A DNA stretch of 64,000 nucleotides, from positions 187,402 to 251,401 of the forward strand of contig CAVUXE010000009.1 of NCBI GenBank assembly GCA_963745235.1, in the 5' to 3' direction. Source of the DNA: an uncultured Spirochaetota bacterium (GTDB taxonomy: Bacteria > Spirochaetota > Spirochaetia > SZUA-6 > Fen-1364). The position numbers and the translations under genes were made by a program. Of this stretch, positions 1-9,855 are shown piece after piece; position 1 is the stretch's first letter; the number at the start of each line of letters is the position of its first letter. Below the pieces are notes generated by a model, which worked only from the letters and a program-made list of their open reading frames with translations, was not told the origin of the DNA and did no database searches.

Positions 1-750
1 AAGAGGGATCTCCGCAATCTCGTCCAGGAAGAGCACGCCGCCTCGCGCCTGGCTGATCTTCCCGCTGAAGTTCTGCGACGCCCCGGTAAAGGCTCCCTTC
101 CTGTACCCGAAAAGCTCGCTCTCGATCAGCGTGTCCGGAACGGCCGGACAGCTGATGCTGACGAACGGCACACTGAAATCCCCCTTCTTCTTCTCCGCTG
201 TTTTTGCATGAATGGCCCGGGCAATGACCTCCTTGCCCGCGCCGCTTTCCCCGAGGATGAGGACCGCGGAGGGGGCGCCGGCCACCTTCTCGACGAGCTC
301 CACGATCTCCCGCATGCCGGCGCTGTGCGCGATGACCCCGGGCACCGGGCACGCCTGGCGAAGAAGGTCGTTCTCCTTTCTCAGGTCTTCGGCTTTGAGC
401 AGCTTGTGCACGACATGGCGGATCACGTCCTTGTTGAACGGCTTCGTGATGAAATCCGCCGCCCCGCCCTTCATGGCCTCAACGGCCTTTTCGATGGATC
501 CGTAGGCCGTTATCATGACCAGCGGGACCTCCCGTCCCGCCTGCTTCAGGTGGCGCAGCAGGGCAAGGCCATCCGCTCCCGGCATCTTGAGGTCGGTTAT
601 GACGAGGTCCAGGTCAGGACCGTCATCTATGGCGGACATGGCCCGCTCCCCGTTTTCCGCCGTCAGGACCTCGTACCCGTCGTCCTCCAGGAGCATCGTG
701 AGCACCGTGCGGACGTTCGGCTCATCGTCTACCACAAGAATCCGCTTCAT
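1..750 (-). CDS. Sigma54-dependent (NtrC-family) response regulator, partial (runs off the window start)
   Basis: Manual minus-strand translation from 750 gives MKRILVVDDE (receiver domain), and near position 100 the AAA+ motif ESELFGYRKGAFTGA; lies downstream of a histidine kinase. Confidence 0.9.
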   Translation of the reverse strand, partial: MKRILVVDDEPNVRTVLTMLLEDDGYEVLTAENGERAMSAIDDGPDLDLVITDLKMPGADGLALLRHLKQAGREVPLVMITAYGSIEKAVEAMKGGAADFITKPFNKDVIRHVVHKLLKAEDLRKENDLLRQACPVPGVIAHSAGMREIVELVEKVAGAPSAVLILGESGAGKEVIARAIHAKTAEKKKGDFSVPFVSISCPAVPDTLIESELFGYRKGAFTGASQNFSGKISQARGGVLFLDEIAEIPL

Positions 751-760
751 GGACCGCCCT

Positions 761-2494
761 TCACAGAAAGATACGGAACGTGGTTCCCCCGCCGGGCGCG
801 GAGCGCACGTCAATGGTGCCTCCATGGCTCTCTATGATGCGGTGCACGATGGAGAGCCCGAGGCCCGTCCCGGATTCCCGGGTGGTGAAGAAGGGGTTGA
901 ACATGTTGCGCTCCGTCTCCTTGTCCATTCCTTCTCCCCAGTCCTGCACCTCCACGCACAGCCTCCCGTCAGTCATTGCCGCCCGGACCTCCACGCACCC
1001 GCCGGCCCGAGATGCCTGGAGCGCGTTGAGGATGAGGTTCGACACCGCCTGGCCGAGAAGGTTACGGTCCAGGGAGAGCTCGGGGAGGCCCTCCGGGACG
1101 CACCGGCGCACCGAGATGCCCTGGAAGCGCTCCAGGGGGAGGCTGTCGAGACAGAAATCAACGACGCTTGCGATTGAGGTCGGTGTCCTGCTGATCTTGC
1201 GCGGACGCGCGAAGTCGAGGAAGTTGGAGACGACGAGGTTGAGGGAGTCCGCCTCGTCGATCATGAGGCTCGTGAGCTTCTGGTACTTCTCCCGATTTTC
1301 CGTCACCGCGTAGTTGTCCCGCAGCATTTCGGCGGACACCTTCATGACGACCAGGGGGTTGCGTATCTGGTGAGCGACGCCGGCGGCCATTTCCCCGAGC
1401 GCCGCGAGCTTCGAGGACAGGGCAAGCTTCTCCCGCAGCTGGGACAGCTCTGTTTCCCGCACGAGCAGCCTGCGGCACATCTCGTCGAACGCGGAGGCAA
1501 GCTGCCCCAGCTCGTCCCGCCATTCCAGCTGGAACGGGGGATTGAAATCCCCTCCAGAGATTCTCGTGATGCCCTGGAGAATGAGCTGGAACCGGCGGGA
1601 GAACGTGCGTCGAAAGAAGGCGAACCCCGACAGAAGCGCAAGGGACAGGATGAGCACGGTGGACACCAGGGAGATGAGGTTGTAGCGGCCAATGAGGCGC
1701 GCCGACTCACTGGTGTCCAGCAGGCAGAAGATCCTGCCGCCCGGAAGGCCCAGCTTTTCCAGCTCCACTGTCCCCACGATGGCCCCGCCGGCCATCATGA
1801 CCTGGCCGTCTCCTCCGGCGCGGTGTCCATAGGCGGCCAATACGTGCTGCACTCTCTTGTCCGTGAGGGAGTCCCCGTGCAGGAAGACGTCCTGGAACTG
1901 GAAGACAATCCCCGCGCCGCTCGTCTTCTCGATGCGGGACACGAAGTCTGCATCCACCCTGAGGCTCAGGGACAGCACGCCAATGATCGCGTCTGCCCGC
2001 CGCACGGGTGACAACACGAAAAGCAGCGTGTCTGATCCAGTCTGCGAGACATAGAGCCGGCTCTCTCCCTTGAAGGCCTGCGCCAACTCCTCGCGGGAGA
2101 GCTGGTCACTCGGGGCGAACTTCTCCGTTGACGCGAAGGGGTAGCCGGGGTCGGTGAAGACGGAGATCGAATCGATTCCCAGGGATTCCCGGAATACCAC
2201 CAGCTCCCTGGCAAGGAGTGTCTTGAGCCCGAAGTCCGTGTACTCGATGGTCTTCTTCTGCCCGGCGATCAGCTCCCCCTTGACCCGCAGGTCCCGAAAC
2301 GTCTCCCCCAGCAGGCTTTCCACTCCCTGGAGCGTGGAGGTCATGCGGGACTTCAGCGAGTCGAGGTTCGTGCGGGAGATGATGGTGGTGAGGATGGCAA
2401 GGGAGACGAAGAACTGGCACAGGACGAGCGCGGCGAAAAAAAGGATCATCTTTCCGGAGAGCTTCATGTCCCGGACACGCTTGATCAGCTTCAC
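761..2494 (-). CDS. Membrane sensor histidine kinase (HAMP-HisKA-HATPase)
   Basis: Two TM segments; H-box AAGVAHQIRNPL; NLILNA, DWGEG, FNPFFTT and GTGLGL boxes. Confidence 0.93.
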   Translation of the reverse strand: MKLIKRVRDMKLSGKMILFFAALVLCQFFVSLAILTTIISRTNLDSLKSRMTSTLQGVESLLGETFRDLRVKGELIAGQKKTIEYTDFGLKTLLARELVVFRESLGIDSISVFTDPGYPFASTEKFAPSDQLSREELAQAFKGESRLYVSQTGSDTLLFVLSPVRRADAIIGVLSLSLRVDADFVSRIEKTSGAGIVFQFQDVFLHGDSLTDKRVQHVLAAYGHRAGGDGQVMMAGGAIVGTVELEKLGLPGGRIFCLLDTSESARLIGRYNLISLVSTVLILSLALLSGFAFFRRTFSRRFQLILQGITRISGGDFNPPFQLEWRDELGQLASAFDEMCRRLLVRETELSQLREKLALSSKLAALGEMAAGVAHQIRNPLVVMKVSAEMLRDNYAVTENREKYQKLTSLMIDEADSLNLVVSNFLDFARPRKISRTPTSIASVVDFCLDSLPLERFQGISVRRCVPEGLPELSLDRNLLGQAVSNLILNALQASRAGGCVEVRAAMTDGRLCVEVQDWGEGMDKETERNMFNPFFTTRESGTGLGLSIVHRIIESHGGTIDVRSAPGGGTTFRIFL

Positions 2495-3735
2495 GGCGCC
2501 GTTCCGGTCACCCTGTCGATCTGCGTCTGCGCTTCCCGCAGGGCCTCAGCCGCCGGGACCTGGCCGCGCAGGGCTTGCGAGATCCAGTGCTGCAGGATTG
2601 CGCTGATCTGCCGGTAGCGCGGATGCACGGGCCTGTACTGGAGGCCGGCAATCTGTCTCTGCTTGATGGACAGGAAGGGGTCCTCTCTCTGCGCTTCCTC
2701 CCGGCCCCAGACTTCTTTCCACACCGGCATGAACTCCAGGTGCCGGGACTGGAAGTCAGGGGAGGCAAGGTACTGGGCGAACTTCCAGGCGGCAGCCTTG
2801 TGAGCGGAGCCGCTGAGCACGGTGAGTCCCTCGAATCCGCAGATGCTGGAGGTGGCCTTCCCGTCACGGGAAACAGACTGGGACACCGGTATGGGGCTCA
2901 CGCGCCAGTCCTTCACTCCCGGCTGGTCATTCTTCATCAAGAGGCGGATCTGGAAGCCCCAGTTCGTGGTGAACATGCAGTCCCCCGCAAGGAAGACTTC
3001 GGAGACGAAGTTTTCCTCCGACTCCAGCGAGTAGGGGCTTGCGAGCCCCTCACCGAGGAGGCCAATCATGAACCCCAGCGCCCGCAGGGCCGGCGGGCTG
3101 TCGCAGTGGATTCTCCCAGCCCCATCCACCAGAGACCCGCCGAAGGCCCCGACGAGCCAGGTGAACTCGCAGGTGAGCACCTCCTGCTGCCGCCAGGAAT
3201 CGAAGAAGGGGTATTTCACCACTCCCGCGGCCTTGGCCCGGCGCGCCAGGCGAACCAGCTCTTCCAGCGTTCGCGGCGGGTCGCGCGCGCCGATGCGTTT
3301 CATGTCGTCCATGTTCGTGTAGAGCATCTGGAAGTCGATGTGGAACGGGACTGCCCACAATCGGTCCCGCCAGGTGAAGGCGGAATAGATCTGGGGCACA
3401 ATGCCGTCCCGCACCTGCTTGTCCACGCCCTGCGGCAGGGGATCGATGATTCCCTTTTCAGCGAAATCCGCCACCCAGATCAGGTCAACCAGGATCACAT
3501 CCAGGTCCGGGACGGTCCGCGCGGCGGATTCCAGGATCAGGTTGTAGCGGTCCTCGTACTCCACGAACACGGGGCTCACCCGGATGCCCGTTGCCTGGTG
3601 GAAGGATTCCGCCCGCTCCACGATGTCCCCCAGGTCGTAGCCGGACTGCTTCATGTAAAGGAACCGTATCTGCTGTCCAGACAGGGGGAACGCGAGAGCG
3701 ATGAGGAGGAGGGAGGCGGCCGGGATCTTTCTCAC
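2491..3735 (-). CDS. Sugar-type extracellular solute-binding protein
   Basis: Signal peptide; SBP family 1 features (DVILVDLIWVADFAEKG, LWAVPF, MLYTN); overlaps the kinase start. Confidence 0.85.
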   Translation of the reverse strand: MRKIPAASLLLIALAFPLSGQQIRFLYMKQSGYDLGDIVERAESFHQATGIRVSPVFVEYEDRYNLILESAARTVPDLDVILVDLIWVADFAEKGIIDPLPQGVDKQVRDGIVPQIYSAFTWRDRLWAVPFHIDFQMLYTNMDDMKRIGARDPPRTLEELVRLARRAKAAGVVKYPFFDSWRQQEVLTCEFTWLVGAFGGSLVDGAGRIHCDSPPALRALGFMIGLLGEGLASPYSLESEENFVSEVFLAGDCMFTTNWGFQIRLLMKNDQPGVKDWRVSPIPVSQSVSRDGKATSSICGFEGLTVLSGSAHKAAAWKFAQYLASPDFQSRHLEFMPVWKEVWGREEAQREDPFLSIKQRQIAGLQYRPVHPRYRQISAILQHWISQALRGQVPAAEALREAQTQIDRVTGTAP

Positions 3736-3811
3736 TGAAAGGACAGTCTACGTCCGCCCGCGCGAGCTGTCAAACATTCTTGACCACCGACGGCAATTTC
3801 CGTAGGCTCCC

Positions 3812-4447
3812 TTGCTTGTGGAACCCTTCGATGTCTCTCTGGAAGCTGCCGCTCTTGTCGTGGTGGACATGCAGAACGATTTCGTTCGCGTCGGGGCGCC
3901 GCTGGAGGTTCCCGACACGCGGATCACAATCGCGCCCATCCAGCGGGTGCTGGAACGGTTCCGCCAGGCGGGGAGGCCTGTCGTCTTTACCCGTTTCATC
4001 GCAACTCCGCGTGAGACGCTGCTGTGGAAGTGGTCTCCGCAGATCTACCCCCCGACCAACTGCTGCCACAGGGGCTTCCGCCGGAGGTATGCGGATATCC
4101 CCTCGGAGCGGGAGTGCATCGCAATCATCGACGAGCTTTCCCCCCGACCGAACGAGTATGTCGTTGACAAGTTCGGCTATGGCGGCTTTTTCCGGACCAA
4201 CCTGGAGGATATCCTGCGCGCGGAGCGGGTGGACACCGCGGCGGTCTGCGGCACGGTGACCCAGATCTGCGTGGAGGAAACGGCTCGAGAGTCTTTCCAC
4301 CTCGGCTTCAAGACCATAGTCCTCTCCGACACCGTGTCCTCTTTCGATCCCGAGCTGCAGCACGCCACGCTGAGGAACTTCGAGATGAAGTTCGGAATGG
4401 TCATGGACTCTTCCCGGTTCCTGGAGCTCACCGCCGCCCGGGATTGA
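3812..4447 (+). CDS. Isochorismatase-family cysteine hydrolase
   Basis: ALVVVDMQNDF, VDKFGYGGF and GTVTQICVEETARE motifs. Confidence 0.9.
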   Translation: MLVEPFDVSLEAAALVVVDMQNDFVRVGAPLEVPDTRITIAPIQRVLERFRQAGRPVVFTRFIATPRETLLWKWSPQIYPPTNCCHRGFRRRYADIPSERECIAIIDELSPRPNEYVVDKFGYGGFFRTNLEDILRAERVDTAAVCGTVTQICVEETARESFHLGFKTIVLSDTVSSFDPELQHATLRNFEMKFGMVMDSSRFLELTAARD

Positions 4448-4512
4448 CCGGCTTCAGAGCTTGCGGATCTCATGCGGGCATGAGGTCGGCGGCCGTCACC
4501 TGCGGGTCGTGC

Positions 4513-5280
4513 TTATCGCACCCGCCCGATCAACCGAAGAAGGCCGTCCAGCAGCGTCAGCGGGTGCGGCGGACATCCCGGGACGAACAGGTCTACGGGC
4601 AGAACTCCTGCAACACCGTTGTACACTTCCGGCAAGTCGATATAAGGTCCGCCTGAAATTGCGCACGCGCCGGAGGCGATGAGGATTTTCGGCTCAGGCA
4701 CGGCCTCCCAGGTCTTTTCGAGCGCCAGCCTCATGTTTTTCGTCACGGGCCCCGTCACGAGCAGTCCGTCAGCGTGGCGAGGGGAAGCGACGAACTGGAT
4801 GCCGAACCTCCCCATGTCCCATCCCACCGTGGTGAGGACATTCGCATCAGCTTCGCAGCCGCTGCACCCTCCCGCGCTCACCTGGCGGAGCCGCAGCGAC
4901 CTTCCCAGCAGGCGCTCGAGATCCCGGCCGAGGGACTCAGCAAGCCTCAGCTTCCGGCCATCCCCGATCAGGAGATCGCGACGCTCGCGCGCGGCAAGTC
5001 GGTAGTCGTTTGTGAAGGAAACCGCGCCGCGCTTGCAGGCCGCCTCGCATTCTCCGCAGAACAGGCACTTGCCCAGGTCGAGCTTCAATCCCGTTCTGCT
5101 GGTGAAAGAGAGGGCTCCCGTCGGGCAGGCTGCAACGCATTCCGAGCAGCCGTCCACGCACCGCGAGGAGTCCAGGACGGGCAGCCCTCGAAAGCGCGCC
5201 GGGAGGGCAGGAGGCTCTCCCCTGGGGAACCGCATGGTTCGATATTTCTGGCGAAATCTCTCTCTGATGATCCGCAACAT
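4513..5280 (-). CDS. Ehr/hydrogenase-4-like small subunit: 2x[4Fe-4S] ferredoxin fused to a NuoB/HycG-like domain
   Basis: Two ferredoxin Cys clusters, GCSGCE, SPRHADGLLVTGPVT, GCPPHP. Confidence 0.9.
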   Translation of the reverse strand: MLRIIRERFRQKYRTMRFPRGEPPALPARFRGLPVLDSSRCVDGCSECVAACPTGALSFTSRTGLKLDLGKCLFCGECEAACKRGAVSFTNDYRLAARERRDLLIGDGRKLRLAESLGRDLERLLGRSLRLRQVSAGGCSGCEADANVLTTVGWDMGRFGIQFVASPRHADGLLVTGPVTKNMRLALEKTWEAVPEPKILIASGACAISGGPYIDLPEVYNGVAGVLPVDLFVPGCPPHPLTLLDGLLRLIGRVR

Positions 5281-5295
5281 ATCCTTGTCCCTGGC

Positions 5296-6824
5296 CTACA
5301 GATCGTGGCCGCAGTACGAAAGGTTGAAGCTCTTGTTGCACAGCGGAAAGTCCGATATGGGCTGCCCGCGCATTGCCAATGCAAGGCCGAACCAGTTCCT
5401 GAAAGACGGGTCAATCACCTTGTACCGGCCGAACCTGCCTTCGCTGTCGGTGATGATGACGTGGCAGATTGCGCCTCGCCATCCTTCCACGAGGCTCACC
5501 CCCAGGGCCCCGCGGGCGGGCCGGGGAGCTGGAGGCGGATGTCGCCTGCGGGCAGCGAGCCCAGCTGGTCCTCGATGAAGGCGAATGACCTCTGCACTTC
5601 CAGCCACCGAACGTACGCCCGGGCAAAGACATCCCCCGTGCGCCACGTGGAGACCGGGACGTGTGAGAAGCGCCAGATGCCGGAGGGCAGGTCGGAGCGG
5701 CAGTCCCGGTCCACGCCGCAGGCGCGCGCGGCGGGCCCGGTGAGACCGATCTCCAGCGCGGTCCGGGGGCTGAGAGCGCCCGTGCCTTCGAACCGGGCAA
5801 GGACGGAGGGCGTGGTCCACAGGAGCCCGCAGGCGCCGGCGGCGTCGCGCGCGCCTGCGCGGATGCGGTCTTTCAGCTCGCCGACCATCCTGTCATCCAC
5901 ATCGAATGCCACGCCGCCCGGCCTGCGCCAGTCCCCTGCCGAACCTGCTCCCGCAGATGAGCGCGCTCATGTTCAGCACGTCGCCGCGGATGCGTCCGCA
6001 CCAGGATGAGGTGGGAAGGAACCCGACGTCCCCCGCAAGCGCTCCGAGGTCCCCCACGTGGTTGGCAATGCGTTCCAGCTCCAGCGCGATTGCCCGCAAG
6101 GCCTGCGCGCGCGGCGGGGCCTCACGGCCGCAGAGGGCTTCCATCGCTTCACAGTGCGCGGTGGCGTGGCCCACCGTGGTGTCCCCGGCAAGGGTCTCCG
6201 CGTAATGGATGGACCTCTTGTCGGGTCCGCCAAGAAGCGCCTGCTCGACCCCCCGATGCTGGTAGCCCAGGGAGATCTCCAGGTGCAGGACGGTCTCACC
6301 GTGGCACTGGAACCGGAAGTGGCCCGGCTCGATTACACCCGCGTGAACAGGGCCCACGGCCACTTCGTGGACTTCCTCCCCCTCCACCCGAAAGAACTGT
6401 GCGTCCCCCGGCTGCGTCCGGCCCGGGCAGCCGCGGCTTCCCGGGCCCCGGACATCGCGGGGGAGAACCTGAGCGGTTTCAGCCAGGGGTGGCCGGGCAC
6501 CGCCAGGTTCCACTGCTCCGCAATCTCCCTCTCGAAGAGGTGGGCCGATGGGCACTCCGGCGTGATGGACGGCCAGGAATCCGTGAGCCGCGCGGAAAGG
6601 GCGCGAAGCGCTCCCTGGGAATGATCGATGAGGACCGCAAACAGTTGAAAGCCGCCGGCGCTCCGTGTCGCGCCGGCGGACGGCTCGGCGAAGAGCGCGG
6701 CAATCTCCGCTCCCTCCTTCACGGCGCCAATCACCCGCTGCCGCAGCTCTTCCACGGGAAGCACGGGGACGCGGGAAACAGGAACGCTTTCTCCGTTGTG
6801 AATGGGGATGGCCGTGGTCTTCAC
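5296..6824 (-). CDS. Ehr large subunit (HycE/NuoCD-like, lacking NiFe ligands); split by about three frameshifts
   Basis: Overlapping ORFs 6333-6824, 5893-6555, 5496-5912 and 5296-5820 give GPVHAGVIEPGHFRF, ELERIANH, VEGWRG and PLCNKSFNLSYCGHDL. Confidence 0.88.
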
Positions 6825-6825
6825 T

Positions 6826-8283
6826 CTAGACCCCCAGGAGCATCACGGCGCGCCACAGCGCCCGGTCAAGGAAGCCGGGGATGAAGATTCCCAGAGCCGC
6901 GGAGGCCGCAAGGAGAGAGAGCGGTGCGACAAGGCTGAGGGCGGGCTCGGGGGCGCGCTCGACCGACTGAGCCCCCTGCGCCGTGCGCACCAGGACGGTT
7001 ATCATTCCGGCGAACACGGCGGCCAGGAGAAGAGAAAAAACGACAACGACCGCCCATGACCCCGACTCAACGGCGGCCCGGAGGATCGCGAGCTCGCTGG
7101 CGAACGCTCCGAAGGGTGGAGCACCCAGGATGGCAAAGAAGCCTGCCACCCAGAGGGCTGCGGTCACGGGGACCGCGCGCAGGGCTCCGCGCACATCTGC
7201 GATCCTCTTGGTGCCATACACCGCGAGTATGTTGCCCGCCAGGAGAAAGAGGGATGCCTTGATGAGGGAGTGGTTTACCGCGTGAAAGAGGGCTGCCCAG
7301 TCTCCCAGGCCGCCGAGCCCCACCCCCACAGCCAGGATCCCCATGTGCTCCACGCTGGAGTAGGCGAGCATGCGCTTGTAGTCGGGCTGGCCGATGATGA
7401 GCCCCGCGGCCACGGCCATGGAGACAAGCCCGAAGACCAGGATGGTGTGCCGGCCGAACTGTCCAAGGCCGGCGGCAGCCGTCACGGAAAGGATGCGCAG
7501 GATGGCCAGAAAGGCGCAGTTCAGGAGAGCTCCAGAGAGGAGGGCGGAGACAACGGACGGCGCTTCGCTGTGAGCGTCCGGAAGCCACGTGTGCATGGGA
7601 GCAAGTCCCATTTTCGTTCCATATCCAACAAGCAGGAGGAGGAAGCCGGCCTTGAGCCACCGGGTGTCCAGCCGGGAGGCGTTCGCCACCAGGCTGCTCA
7701 GCGTCATTGAGGTGAGCCCTCCCGCGGGAATGGACGCGGCGAGGAAGTAGGTGCCCAGAAGCGCGAAGGCGATTCCCACCGAGCAGACCAGCAGGTATTT
7801 CCAGGTCGCCTCCAGGGACCGGTGGTGGCGATGGTAGTGGATGAGCGGGGCGCTTGCCAGCGTCGTCCCTTCGATGGCGACCCACAGGAGGCCGAAGTGC
7901 TGGCTCGTGGTGACAAGCGTCATGGTGGAGAGAAACCCCAGCAGGCACGCGGTGAACAGCGCTTCCGGGGTGTTGTCGAAAAGGAACCCTTCCTCGGGGT
8001 CGGCGCGCGTCGTGCCGCTTTCCCTCTTGAGAAAGCTCACGGCTGAAAGGGAAACAGCAAGGAAGAGAAGGCTCGTGATTCCGAGGAATACCTGTCCGAG
8101 GGCGTCCACCGCAAGCCACGCTCCCAGGGGCGGGAACCAGGCGGGATCTATCCACAGCCAGCAGACCAGCGCGGCGTGTGCCGCGGACACAGAGACCAGG
8201 AGCACGCGGCGAACCCGGTCCGAGCGGATGAGGTACGCGGAGACGGCGGCACAGGCGGGCAGCAGCACGAGGATGAGGATCAT
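6826..8283 (-). CDS. HyfF-like proton-conducting membrane subunit
   Basis: Polytopic; EATWKY, GYGTKMGLAPMHTWLPDAHSEAP, KRMLAYSSVEHMG. Confidence 0.9.
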   Translation of the reverse strand: MILILVLLPACAAVSAYLIRSDRVRRVLLVSVSAAHAALVCWLWIDPAWFPPLGAWLAVDALGQVFLGITSLLFLAVSLSAVSFLKRESGTTRADPEEGFLFDNTPEALFTACLLGFLSTMTLVTTSQHFGLLWVAIEGTTLASAPLIHYHRHHRSLEATWKYLLVCSVGIAFALLGTYFLAASIPAGGLTSMTLSSLVANASRLDTRWLKAGFLLLLVGYGTKMGLAPMHTWLPDAHSEAPSVVSALLSGALLNCAFLAILRILSVTAAAGLGQFGRHTILVFGLVSMAVAAGLIIGQPDYKRMLAYSSVEHMGILAVGVGLGGLGDWAALFHAVNHSLIKASLFLLAGNILAVYGTKRIADVRGALRAVPVTAALWVAGFFAILGAPPFGAFASELAILRAAVESGSWAVVVVFSLLLAAVFAGMITVLVRTAQGAQSVERAPEPALSLVAPLSLLAASAALGIFIPGFLDRALWRAVMLLGV

Positions 8284-8933
8284 TGCGGTGTGTCCTTCAG
8301 GCTGGAGAGTCTTTCGGAATCGATGTGGTCGAACTCCCTGTTGATATGGAAGATCGTGATCCCCATGACGAAGACCGCCACGAACGCATCCAGCAGGGTC
8401 CCCATCTCCACCAGAAGCGGTTCCTGCTCCGCAAGGGCCATGCCGAAGGCGGCAATCCCGTTCTCCATGGCCAGGTACGCGAGGGCCTGCACGATGGCGG
8501 ACCGCCTTCCCACGATCACGAACAGGCCGGTGAGAGCCGTGAACAGGGCGGCGGGGACGAGGAGCACCGGGGTGGCGCCGCCGGGGATGGGAAGGCGAAG
8601 ACCCGTGTACAGGGAGACCGCCAGGAGCACGACGCCGATGAGGAGGGAAGCGGAGTATCCCACCAGGGGCTCCACTTCGCGCCGGGCGTCAACGGAGCGG
8701 ACGGCGCGCAGGAGGAGGATCGGGAAGATGATTCCCTTGAGGCCGAGGCTCGCCCCCGCCTGGAGAAGCAGGCGCCAGAGCGGCGCGTCGATGCGGATGA
8801 CGAGGGGAAGAAGGCCCAGGAGCACGCCCTGCACGGACACGGCCGCGATGCAGGAGAGGAGACGGCTCGAGCCCAGGAGCCAGAGATTGGTGAGCACCAG
8901 GACCACCAGGAACCCTTCCACCCAGACTGTCAT
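8280..8933 (-). CDS. HyfE-like membrane subunit
   Basis: Start MTVWVEGF at 8933; YLAMENGI and EMGTLLD motifs; operon position. Confidence 0.85.
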   Translation of the reverse strand: MTVWVEGFLVVLVLTNLWLLGSSRLLSCIAAVSVQGVLLGLLPLVIRIDAPLWRLLLQAGASLGLKGIIFPILLLRAVRSVDARREVEPLVGYSASLLIGVVLLAVSLYTGLRLPIPGGATPVLLVPAALFTALTGLFVIVGRRSAIVQALAYLAMENGIAAFGMALAEQEPLLVEMGTLLDAFVAVFVMGITIFHINREFDHIDSERLSSLKDTPQ

Positions 8934-8943
8934 CTGCCTCACC

Positions 8944-9853
8944 TCACCAGGGAAAGCGCCAGGGCGAGCGCCGCCATTGCCCCTCCTGCCACCAGCAGCT
9001 GAGGCACGCGGGCCAGGCGCAGCCGGGCGATGAAGGACTCCACACGCCCGGTTGCAATTCCCACGCACAGCATCCCTCCCAGGCCGATGGCACAAGTCCG
9101 CCATCCACATGCCCGGTCCTCGGTCTCAGGATCCCCACGATCAGCCCGCCCAGCGCCCACAGCTTCAGCGTTGAGCCGTACTGGATATAGGCGAGGTCGA
9201 CGCCGCTGTGGTCCAGGACCATCACCTCGTGGATCATCGTGAGCTCCAGGTGCGTCGCCGGATCATCGACGGGGATCCGCGCGTTCTCGCTGAGAAAGAC
9301 GATGAAGACGGCTCCCGCTGCCAGGAGCACGGCGGCGCCTCGGCCTCCGCCGATCCCGGGGCCGGCGAGAACCGCGGCCAGAGAAAGGCTCTGAGCCTTG
9401 CCGGCCAGGGAGGCAAGCGCGAGCAGCAGCGCGGGCTCGGCAAGCGCTGAGAACCACGCCTCCCTGCTTGCCCCCATGCCCTCGAAAGCCGAGCCGGTGT
9501 CCAGGGCGGAAAGGATGGTGAGAAACCGCATGAGCCCGAAAAGGCCGGCAAAGAGGATGAGATCTCCTTCGAAGGAAAGAAGGCTGGCGTCCGCCCCCCA
9601 GGGGAGAACGGCAAGTGCCACCATGGCCGCGGCGCATCCCAGGGCAGGGCCCGCGCGGAACACCCAGGTCGTGGTCCTGCTGTAGACCGAGCCTTTGAGG
9701 AGAAGCTTTGCGATGTCATGGTAGGCCTGGAGGAGGGGCTGTCCGCGCCTCCCCGCGACAACCGCCTTGACCCGGTTTGCAATGCCCGGCACCAGGGGAG
9801 CAAGGACAAGAGGAAAGCGCAAGCTGGAGCACTGAAATGCCCGCCGTGCCCAT
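8944..9853 (-). CDS. HyfC/HycD (NuoH-like) membrane subunit, frameshifted near both ends
   Basis: GRRGQPLLQAYHDIAKLL, FEGMGASRE, ENARIPVDDPATHLELTMIHE. Confidence 0.85.
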
Positions 9854-9855
9854 GC

